The position numbers and the translations under genes were made by a program. DNA of 64,000 bases from an uncultured Bacteroidales bacterium (GTDB taxonomy: Bacteria; Bacteroidota; Bacteroidia; Bacteroidales; VadinHA17). Below are positions 7,246 through 15,396 of the stretch, in pieces (within the stretch, counting starts at the first letter, position 1; every line of letters starts with the position of its first letter). The notes beneath the pieces are model-generated. The model saw nothing but the letters and a program-made list of their open reading frames with translations, was not told the origin of the DNA and did not search any database. The stretch covers positions 10,145 through 74,144 of the forward strand of contig CAWHIG010000016.1 in assembly GCA_963829255.1 (NCBI GenBank), in the 5' to 3' direction.

Positions 7246-9132
7246 ATGGCAAACAGAAAGCCTGTTCTTTACATAAATGATGAAAAGTGCAGAAATTCAT
7301 ATTCCTGCGTACGAGTCTGCCCTGTAAACGCAATTGAGGTTAAACCCCAAAAGGCGCATCCGTTCATTCTTCCCGACAGATGCATCGGATGTGGTTTATG
7401 CTATGTTTCATGCACACCACACGCAATAGAATTCCGCGATTCAAAAGAATCAGTTAAGAAACTGTTATCATCCGGAAGAAAAACCGCAGCTCTTATTGAG
7501 CCAAGCATTGCATCGGAATTTGATGATATAACAGATTACCGGAAGTTCGTTGCTATGATAAGGTCGCTGGGTTTTGACTATGTTCACGAAGATTCGTTCG
7601 GAGTCGATCTGATAGCCGCTGCCTATGCAAAACTTTTCTTAAAAGCTGAAGGTAAATATCTGATCACGGCAAACTGCCCTTCAATTGTCAAACTTATTGA
7701 GAAGTTTCACCCCGAACTGGTTCCTAACCTTGCACCACTTGTCTCGCCTATTATAGCTACTGCAATGGTTGTAAAAAAGCTATACGGACCTGAGGTAGCT
7801 ACAGTTCAGATTGGCCCATGTATTGATGCAAAAGATGAATCGCTTATCTATGATTCAGATAAGCTTGTTGACGGAGTACTGACTTTTGTGGAACTGAGAG
7901 AGCTTTTTGATGAATTCAAGATCCAGGAAAGACTGGTAAAGATGTCCGATTTTGATCCGCCTCATGGAAATTGGGGGGCTCTCTACCCTCTGCCAGCAGG
8001 GATTATTCAGGCAGGAGGTATAAAGCGCGATATGGTTTCGAGCAGGGTAATTACAGCTTCCGGAAAAGAAGAAATCCTTGAAGCAATTAATGATTTCGAC
8101 AAATATATTGACACGATACAACACCATTTTAACTTATTCTTTTGCCATGGATGCCTGCTCGGTCCGGGAATGCAACATCATAATGAACGATTCAGGAGAA
8201 GAGCACTGGTGCGGAAGTATGCTGAAAAGAGAGTGGGCAAACTTGATAAAGCTCTCTGGCAAAAAAATATGGAAAAATGGTCAAAGCTGGATTTTTCAAG
8301 AGGTTTTACACCCGATGATCAGAGAATACCTGAACCGCCGGAAGAAGCTATTTTGGAGGTGCTTAAAATCATCGGCAAAAACAGCCCCGATGAGGAGATC
8401 AACTGTGGTGCCTGTGGCTATCTCTCTTGTCGTGAATTTGCTTCAACAGTTGCAAAAGGACTTGCGGTTCCGGAAATGTGCCATACCTTCAATCTTCGTA
8501 ATAAACAGGAATATATTGAGACTCTCCGGCAAACAAACAGGAAACTGGCTGAAACAAAAAAAGCCTTAAAAGAATCAGAAGAACTGGCACGCAGGGAAAA
8601 GGAGATTGCTCAAAGCACTTCAGATATGATGAACAACATGCTCGAAAAGCTTCCTTCCGGAGTGGTAATTGTTGATAATAATCTAAAAATACTTCATTCA
8701 AATCAAAGCTTTATTAACATAATCGGAGAGGATGCAAAAGCCATATCAGATGTAATTCCCGGTCTTGCCGGTGCAGATATCAAGACCCTCATCCCCTTCA
8801 ACATTTATAATATGTTCACATTTGTAATAAAGGAAGATGAACCTGTTGTAAGCAAAGATGTTCATTTTGAAGATAAAATGCTGAATATTTCCATCTTTCC
8901 GATAAGAAAGAACAAGATCTGCGGAGCAATAATCCGCGATCTGTATTCACCTGAAGTACAGGGGGAAGAGGTAACAAACAGAGTCAGTGAGGTGATTGAT
9001 AAAAACCTTGAAATGGTTCAAAAGATAGGATTCCTGCTTGGAGAAGGTGCATCTGAAACCGAGCAGATGCTGAACTCAATAATTGAATCGTACAAAACAA
9101 AAAAAGTGAATCTGAAAAACAACCTCAAATAA
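7246..9132 (+). CDS. Putative sensory [FeFe]-hydrogenase-like protein (HydS-type) with C-terminal PAS-like domain
   Basis: 628-aa ORF. Ferredoxin motifs are CRNSYSCVRVCP (3 Cys) and CIGCGLCYVSC. H-domain variants are P1 TANCPS, P2 GPCIDAKDE and P3 NLFFCHGCLLGPG. It has CGACGYLSCREFASTVAKGLAVPEMC, a coiled coil, then a PAS-like segment (LPSGVVIVDNNLKILHSNQSFINIIG...). Confidence 0.85.
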   Translation: MANRKPVLYINDEKCRNSYSCVRVCPVNAIEVKPQKAHPFILPDRCIGCGLCYVSCTPHAIEFRDSKESVKKLLSSGRKTAALIEPSIASEFDDITDYRKFVAMIRSLGFDYVHEDSFGVDLIAAAYAKLFLKAEGKYLITANCPSIVKLIEKFHPELVPNLAPLVSPIIATAMVVKKLYGPEVATVQIGPCIDAKDESLIYDSDKLVDGVLTFVELRELFDEFKIQERLVKMSDFDPPHGNWGALYPLPAGIIQAGGIKRDMVSSRVITASGKEEILEAINDFDKYIDTIQHHFNLFFCHGCLLGPGMQHHNERFRRRALVRKYAEKRVGKLDKALWQKNMEKWSKLDFSRGFTPDDQRIPEPPEEAILEVLKIIGKNSPDEEINCGACGYLSCREFASTVAKGLAVPEMCHTFNLRNKQEYIETLRQTNRKLAETKKALKESEELARREKEIAQSTSDMMNNMLEKLPSGVVIVDNNLKILHSNQSFINIIGEDAKAISDVIPGLAGADIKTLIPFNIYNMFTFVIKEDEPVVSKDVHFEDKMLNISIFPIRKNKICGAIIRDLYSPEVQGEEVTNRVSEVIDKNLEMVQKIGFLLGEGASETEQMLNSIIESYKTKKVNLKNNLK

Positions 9133-9138
9133 TCTTAA

Positions 9139-10284
9139 GTGAACAGGAACTTTTTTATAGAGGTTAACAGCCAGCAAAGGAACTTCGACGGGGAGAGGAT
9201 CAGCGGCGATGTATTTCTGTACAGGTATATTAAAGAAGAAGACAGGGTTGTTGCCGTATTATCCGATGGTATGGGACATGGGGTTAAGGCAAATATTCTT
9301 GCAACCCTTACGGCAACAATGGCCATAAATTTTACACGCGAACATAAGGAGGTTGACCGTATCGCTGAGATTATAATGAATACACTTCCGGTATGCAGCG
9401 AAAGAAAGATCAGTTATTCAACTTTTACAATTATAGATATTGAAAACAGCGGCAGGACAACAATACTGGAATATGATAATCCATCCTGTATTGTTTTAAG
9501 AGGGAGCCAGATATTTGATCCTTCATGGAAAAAAGTAGTGCTCGAGAAAGGTAAAAACTCAGGTAAGGTTCTGAAAACATGCACATTTTTGCCTGAGAAA
9601 GAAGACAGAATTATCTTCTGCTCTGATGGTGTTTCACAAAGCGGAATGGGAAGTGAACCATTTCCTTTTGGCTGGGAAAGGGACAGCATTGCCACTTATG
9701 CTGCATCGCTTGTTACAAGTGAAGCATCAATTTCTGCCAATATGCTTGCCGGAAAGATTGTTACGATGGCTCATAAAAACGACAACTATAAAGCCCGTGA
9801 TGATATAAGCTGTGCAACAATCTATTTCCGTGAACCCCGTAAATTAATTATCTGTACAGGTCCCCCATACGAGAAGGAAAAGGACAAAGATCTGGCCGCA
9901 AAAGTAGTTGCATATAAAGGAAAAGTGATCCTCTGCGGAGGTACAACAGCAGATATAGTTGCCCGGGAATTAAACAGGACTATTATTGATGAACTTATAT
10001 TCGAAGATCCGGAACTGCCGCCGGAAAGTTTCCTGGAAGGCATTGATCTGGTGACCGAAGGAATCCTGACACTTCAAAAGGTCAACGAAATATTGAAAAC
10101 TTATAATAACAGTGTAAAACTCGGAAAAGGACCGGCAGATAAGATCGTAAGGCTGATTATGGAGAGCGATGAGATTCACTTCGTTATCGGTACCAGGATC
10201 AATATCGCACATCAGGATCCTAATCTGCCTGTTGAACTTGAGATCAGGACGAACTGTAGTAAAGCGCATTGCGCGTCTGCTTGA
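9139..10284 (+). CDS. PP2C/SpoIIE-family serine phosphatase with an extra C-terminal domain
   Basis: 381-aa ORF with a GTG start 6 nt after the sensor stop. SpoIIE-type motifs are ISGDVFLY, VLSDGMGHGVKANILA and IFCSDGV. The 3' end may continue in the +1 frame to 10324 (see findings). Confidence 0.8.
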   Translation: MNRNFFIEVNSQQRNFDGERISGDVFLYRYIKEEDRVVAVLSDGMGHGVKANILATLTATMAINFTREHKEVDRIAEIIMNTLPVCSERKISYSTFTIIDIENSGRTTILEYDNPSCIVLRGSQIFDPSWKKVVLEKGKNSGKVLKTCTFLPEKEDRIIFCSDGVSQSGMGSEPFPFGWERDSIATYAASLVTSEASISANMLAGKIVTMAHKNDNYKARDDISCATIYFREPRKLIICTGPPYEKEKDKDLAAKVVAYKGKVILCGGTTADIVARELNRTIIDELIFEDPELPPESFLEGIDLVTEGILTLQKVNEILKTYNNSVKLGKGPADKIVRLIMESDEIHFVIGTRINIAHQDPNLPVELEIRTNCSKAHCASA

Positions 10285-10332
10285 GGAAAAATGGCTGAAG
10301 AAAGTGACTTTTGAATATATCTGAAAATTCAT

Positions 10333-10508
10333 TTAACCACAAAGTACACTAAGAAGGTGCCCCCTGGGGTTGTCTAAAAAGTCCTTTGTGAACCTTAGTG
10401 TTAACCTTAGTGTCCCTTTGCGGTAAAAAGTAAAAAATTGAACCACAAAGGATCACAAAGTACATCACAAAGGAACACAAAGGAGTGCACTTCACACTTT
10501 GTGGTTAA
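10333..10508. repeat. Palindromic CACAAAG-type intergenic element (terminal TTAACCACAAAG / CTTTGTGGTTAA)
   Basis: It starts ttaaccacaaagtacactaag and ends cacactttgtggttaa, with internal runs of cacaaagg / cctttgtg words. It lies between convergent genes, and the stop codon of the NUDIX gene lies in the terminal TTAA. Confidence 0.8.
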
Positions 10509-10944
10509 TGGATTTTTTTGATCTCTAAATACTCTATCGTCTTGTTGAACAAATGCGGCTGAATATCCGGATGAGTGAGATTTTCGGGAAGATGATCTGA
10601 CAAAACTATTTCAGCAATTTCCGAAATATCGGGTATCGGACCAATCTCAGAAACTTCAGCAAAGTAAAGCCTCCCCCAGCCTGTATCTCCGTCAATTGTC
10701 ACTGAATATGTTGCAACACATATTAGACTCAAATTTCAACAGCACCGGTTTCTTCCATTAATTCTCTTCCGGCTGCCTCAAATGAAGTTTCCCCCTCTTC
10801 AATATGACCTCCGGCAATCTCCCAGGTTGAACGCTTTTGATGCCGGACAAAAATCCATTTGCCTTTGAACCTGGCTGATATAACTGAATAGGTCAGTTTT
10901 GAATCAGGGACAAAAAGCGGGTCGAAAAATTTAACTTCGGTCAT
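10505..10944 (-). pseudogene. NUDIX hydrolase split by one frame shift (may be a consensus error)
   Basis: ORFs 10729..10944 and 10505..10732 are consecutive. The Nudix box GGHIEEGETSFEAAGRELMEETG is in the first part. The frames differ by 1, and the break is confined to aaattt at 10731-10736. Confidence 0.75.
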
Positions 10945-11028
10945 ATTACTCCGACATTGTAATTGCGAATGTAAGAATAATCGGGATAATTAATATTTGC
11001 TTACTTTTGATTATTAAAATTCATTCCA

Positions 11029-12231
11029 ATGGTATTATTGATTATTCTGATCATCACAGAGATTCTCACACCAGTTGTATTACGGCAGCATTTTTACAAC
11101 TATTCAAAGCCAAAATATTACATTTCAATTATTATTCACGTCATTCTTAGCATATGGGTCTGGATCCTTTATATTGAAACAACTTCCAATAAAACCTTTT
11201 TCGATAATCCCCGGCATGTCTGGTTGATGATGAATCTGACAGGAATGATTATTGCGGTGGTAATTCCAAGAATTATTCTGATTATTTTGCATTTCTCCGG
11301 AACATTAATAAAAATTAAGAGCAGAGGCCATGTAAGATCATTGACAAATTCAGGGCTTATTGTAATGAGTATTATACTAACAATAATAGCTCTGGGTTCA
11401 CTTTACGGAAGGTTTAATTTCAAGACAGAAGAAGTCACCATTAAAATCCAAGGGTTAAATAAGGATCTTGACGGTTTGAAAATCGTACAGCTATCTGATA
11501 TGCATCTCGCCACATTTTATCATCACAAAAAATTGTTGCAGAGGGTAATGGATGAAGTAAATACATATAAACCTGATCTGATTCTCAACACAGGTGACTT
11601 TGTCAGCTATGGATGGAGGGAGTTTGAAAGTGACGACACAATTCTCTCAAAAGCCCGGAGTAAATATGGCAATTTTGCTATTTTAGGTAACCACGATGTC
11701 GGAACTTATGACCCATATTTCACTGAAGCAGACAGAGAGAATAATATATTGATAATGAATAAATTGATCAAAGCTTCAGGATACCAGACACTTAATGATG
11801 AATTTAGAATAGTTAATATTGGAAAAGCAAAAATTGCACTTATAGGTGTTATCACCAAAGGACGGCATCCACATATGATTCATGGAGATCTGAACAAAGC
11901 AATTTCAGGACTTGACAGTGTTGACCTTAAGATACTTCTCACTCACGATCCAAATCATTGGGCTGAGGCAGTAACGGGGAAAACTGACATTGGGATCACT
12001 CTTTCAGGACATACTCATGGTATGCAGATGGGGATACTTACAAAAAAATTCAGATGGAGCCCGGCAAAATATTTCTATCCTCACTGGAATGGACTTTACA
12101 GAACCGGTAATCAATATCAATACGTCAACCGGGGACTTGGGGTTCTGGCAATTCCATTCAGAATATGGATGCCACCGGAAATAACAATACTAACAGTTAA
12201 AAGGAATAATCATACTGAATACAGATTTTGA
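11029..12231 (+). CDS. Membrane-anchored metallophosphoesterase (calcineurin-like)
   Basis: 400-aa ORF with an N-terminal multi-TM region. Phosphoesterase motifs are LSDMHL, TGDFV, GNHD and SGHTHG. Confidence 0.8.
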   Translation: MVLLIILIITEILTPVVLRQHFYNYSKPKYYISIIIHVILSIWVWILYIETTSNKTFFDNPRHVWLMMNLTGMIIAVVIPRIILIILHFSGTLIKIKSRGHVRSLTNSGLIVMSIILTIIALGSLYGRFNFKTEEVTIKIQGLNKDLDGLKIVQLSDMHLATFYHHKKLLQRVMDEVNTYKPDLILNTGDFVSYGWREFESDDTILSKARSKYGNFAILGNHDVGTYDPYFTEADRENNILIMNKLIKASGYQTLNDEFRIVNIGKAKIALIGVITKGRHPHMIHGDLNKAISGLDSVDLKILLTHDPNHWAEAVTGKTDIGITLSGHTHGMQMGILTKKFRWSPAKYFYPHWNGLYRTGNQYQYVNRGLGVLAIPFRIWMPPEITILTVKRNNHTEYRF

Positions 12232-12253
12232 TATTCACAATTATTTGAAAAGA

Positions 12254-12282
12254 AACGGGCAGCAGATAAACTGCCGCCCGTT
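12254..12282. terminator. GC-rich hairpin between convergent genes (bidirectional terminator candidate)
   Basis: aacgggcagcag ataaa ctgccgcccgtt forms a 12-bp stem with one mismatch, 20 nt after the phosphoesterase stop. Confidence 0.55.
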
Positions 12283-12290
12283 GTTATTAC

Positions 12291-12331
12291 CCTACCCTGA
12301 TCTTTTTACTAACCTACTAACCTACTAACCT
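12291..12331. repeat. Short tandem array TACTAACC x3
   Basis: tactaacc tactaacc tactaacc at 12307-12330, preceded by the related cctaccctga. Confidence 0.7.
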
Positions 12332-12401
12332 GTGAAGATATGGTCGAAAAAAATTATTTGGAATAATTTACTAACCATCTCAGTTCGGGTAACGTGGAAT
12401 T

Positions 12402-12806
12402 TTAATTTTGTCTTTGCTGCATCATGGCCTGCCTTCTTTCAGCCTCTTTGGTTTTAAAAAGTTCATAATTTTTATCTCCAAGTATAACTTTCAATTCTTT
12501 ATCTCTGGCAGCTGTAATTTCTGTCATCTTTGCTCTCATTGCATCACGGTCTCCTGCAGCCATAAGTTTTTGCCTCTCCTCTGATGATTGTTTGGCATAC
12601 TTCAAAACTACATCGTATACTTTCTTCTGTGTTGCCTCATCGAGCTTAAGGTCGGTTTTCATCCATTCAACCTGTGTTTTTGCCGTCTCTTCAGGAGTTC
12701 TTTGAACTCTCTGGCCTCCCTGACCTCCCTGACCCTGCTGTGCAGAAAGGGAACCCATGAAGAAAGAAAAAACAATTATTGATAAAATTCTGATTCCTGT
12801 TTTCAT
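12402..12806 (-). CDS. Secreted helical protein of unknown function (signal peptide, QG-rich linker)
   Basis: 134-aa ORF. It has the signal peptide MKTGIRILSIIVFSFFMGSLSAQ, then a QGQGGQGGQ linker and charged helical repeats. Confidence 0.6.
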   Translation of the reverse strand: MKTGIRILSIIVFSFFMGSLSAQQGQGGQGGQRVQRTPEETAKTQVEWMKTDLKLDEATQKKVYDVVLKYAKQSSEERQKLMAAGDRDAMRAKMTEITAARDKELKVILGDKNYELFKTKEAERRQAMMQQRQN

Positions 12807-13006
12807 AAAATGTCGGTTTAAAATATTATTTATGATTTATAGACAACATATAACGCAGTAATATTCCTGAAAATTTGATTTTTAGAAATTTTTAACTTAT
12901 CACTTAAAACAATTTAACAGGAGAAATGTTCAAACCGATATTCCCGATGAGCCTGTTCAGGTGTACTATTTTTAGTAAATTGCAACAATTCAGAGTATAA
13001 GAATTA

Positions 13007-13714
13007 ATGGCAGAAGATCCGAAAATCTACAAAATAGAGGATATAGAATTCCAGGTTATTTATTCAGGAAGAAGGAGTATAGGGATCAGCGTCCGACCCG
13101 ATTCATCAGTGATTGTGAGGGTCCCCTATCTTACTTCCTTTAAAACTATAAACAGGATTGTAAGGGAAAAGTACGGATGGCTTTTAAAACATCGTGACAA
13201 TTACAGGAGACTTGATAATAGTTCGCTGAACAAATCATATACAACAGGCGAAATTCATCTTTTCCACGGAGATAAAACTGTTCTTAAAATTGAAAAATCA
13301 GGACAATCCTATATCCGGTTTAACAACAACACATTCGAACTGGGATTGAAAAGAACAGATGATCCGCTGGCAATAAAAAGACTGCTTTATAAAGGTTACA
13401 AAAATGAAGCTTTGATAGTTTTTCCTGAACTGATGAATAAGGTTATCAGGGAACACGAAAATCAAATGTTCAAGCCGGCAGGATTGGTTATAAGAACTAT
13501 GAAAAGACGCTGGGGAAGCTGCTCCAGCAAAGGAATAATAACATTAAGCACTGAACTCATAAAACTTGCAGACCGGTATATTGAATATGTTATTATTCAT
13601 GAGTTATGCCATCTTAAACACCACAACCATGGCGCACGGTATTATAAACTTTTATCAGAAGTTTTCCCGGAATGGAAAACTGTAAGAAAAGAATTGAGAA
13701 AATACATACAGTAG
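13007..13714 (+). CDS. YgjP-like (DUF45/M48-related) zinc metallohydrolase
   Basis: 235-aa ORF with RRWGSCS and the HELCHLKHHNH motif near the C-terminus. Confidence 0.8.
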   Translation: MAEDPKIYKIEDIEFQVIYSGRRSIGISVRPDSSVIVRVPYLTSFKTINRIVREKYGWLLKHRDNYRRLDNSSLNKSYTTGEIHLFHGDKTVLKIEKSGQSYIRFNNNTFELGLKRTDDPLAIKRLLYKGYKNEALIVFPELMNKVIREHENQMFKPAGLVIRTMKRRWGSCSSKGIITLSTELIKLADRYIEYVIIHELCHLKHHNHGARYYKLLSEVFPEWKTVRKELRKYIQ

Positions 13715-13768
13715 GAGGTTTCTCTTGCCTCTGGATATTTCCTTCCCCGATCCCTTCTCCATTATTTT

Positions 13769-13900
13769 TACCTCATCCCCCTGCCCCCTTCTCCTGAAAG
13801 AGAAGGGGGCAAAAGAAAGATAATCAGACACATAGGCCCCTCTCCTTCAGGAGAGGGGTTGGGGTGAGGTAAACTCAATGAGATGGGTTAGGGTGAGGTA
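13769..13900. repeat. Compound palindromic element (two GC-rich hairpins enclosed by ACCTCATCCCC / GGGGTGAGGT arms)
   Basis: Hairpin 1 is gcccccttctc ctgaaa gagaagggggc (13783-13810). Hairpin 2 is cccctctcc ttca ggagagggg (13837-13858). The outer arms are at 13770-13780 and 13861-13870. It lies between convergent genes. Confidence 0.75.
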
Positions 13901-13907
13901 CAGGCAA

Positions 13908-15309
13908 TCAAAGTTCATATTCCTGACCTTTGGCAGGTATTTCAATGTTTTTAAACCCTTCATCTGAAAGAGTCGAAACATACTTTTTCTGTGTCTCGTA
14001 CTCACCATGAACTATAAAAATCTTCGAGAGGCCGCTTTTATTCTGGCAACTTAAAAAGTTGACCATCTCCTTATAATCGCCGTGTCCGCTGAATGATTCG
14101 ATTTTTCTCACTTCAGCTTTTACTTCATAAACTGTTCCAAATATAGAGACTTCTCTATCACCTCTTCCTATCCTTGCTCCTAGTGTTGTTGGAGCACAAT
14201 ATCCTACAATAAGGATCGTATTGCGCGGATCAGAGATATTATTTGCCAGATGATGTTTTACCCGGCCGGCTTCCATCATACCTGAAGCGGAAATAATAAC
14301 ACACGGTTTTTTATGATCGTTGAGTTTTTTTGAATCCTCAACTTTAGTAATATAAAATAGATTTTCAAATCCAAAAGGATCGGGATCGTTTTGCAATACA
14401 TTAAGGAAATTCTGATTATAACACTCCGGATGCATTCTGAAAACAGTAGTTGCATTAACAGCAAGGGGACTATCTACAAAAATATCAATCCTGGGCAATT
14501 TGCCCTGATTAAAAAAGTTATTGAGTGAAAAAACGATTTCCTGTGTGCGGCCAACACTGAAAGCAGGGATTATAAGCTTCCCACCTTTATTTACACATGT
14601 ATTCACTACTACGTTCAGAAGCTCTTCTTCTGCCATCACTGTATCGTTATGTAGCCTGTCTCCATAAGTTGATTCAGTAATAAGGATTTCTGCCTGGGGG
14701 AAAGGCTTTGGAGGAGCAAGTATCTGATCAACCAGTCTGCCTATATCACCTGTATAAGCTATCTTTTTGATCTGCCCGTTTTCGGTGATCTGAAGATTTG
14801 CCACACCGCTGCCAAGCATATGGCCGGTATTTGTGAACTTAACTTTTACGTTTTCATCAACCCTGAAATTCATTTCATATGGTACACCGATAAAGAGTTT
14901 CATACAGGCTGTTGCATCAGCCTGTGTATAAATAGGTTCCACCGGTCGCAAGTCCCTTTTTAACTCTGCGTTTATTGAAAGTCAATGTATCATGCTCCTG
15001 AATAAAAGCAGAATCAGCCAGCATTATAGCACAAAGGTCACGGGTTGCATTAGAACAGATCACCGATCCCCTGAAACCAAGCTTATAAACATAAGGTATC
15101 AGTCCTGAATGATCTATATGGGCATGGGTAAGAATAATATGATCAATCTGAGACGGATCAAACATAAGGTCTCTGTTCATACCATCTGTTTCCAGGCCTT
15201 TTCCCTGGAACATGCCGCAATCAAGAAGTATTTTTTTCCCTGAATCTGTGGTAATAAGATGTTTGCTTCCTGTTACTTCTCTTGCAGCACCTATAAATTT
15301 TATTATCAT
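13908..15309 (-). pseudogene. MBL-fold beta-CASP family hydrolase (RNA-metabolising type), split by one frame shift
   Basis: ORF 14917..15309 carries HAHIDHSG. ORF 13908..14951 continues the family. The frames overlap at 14917-14983, and ...RVKKGL then PVEPIYTQADA reads through if one base near 14946 is removed. Confidence 0.8.
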
Positions 15310-15396
15310 TTTTGTTTCAATTTAATGTTTAAAGATAGCGAATATATTCCAGAAAAGAGAAGGGCGTTGGGCAACGTGCGTCGCAAAAGAGGCAAT

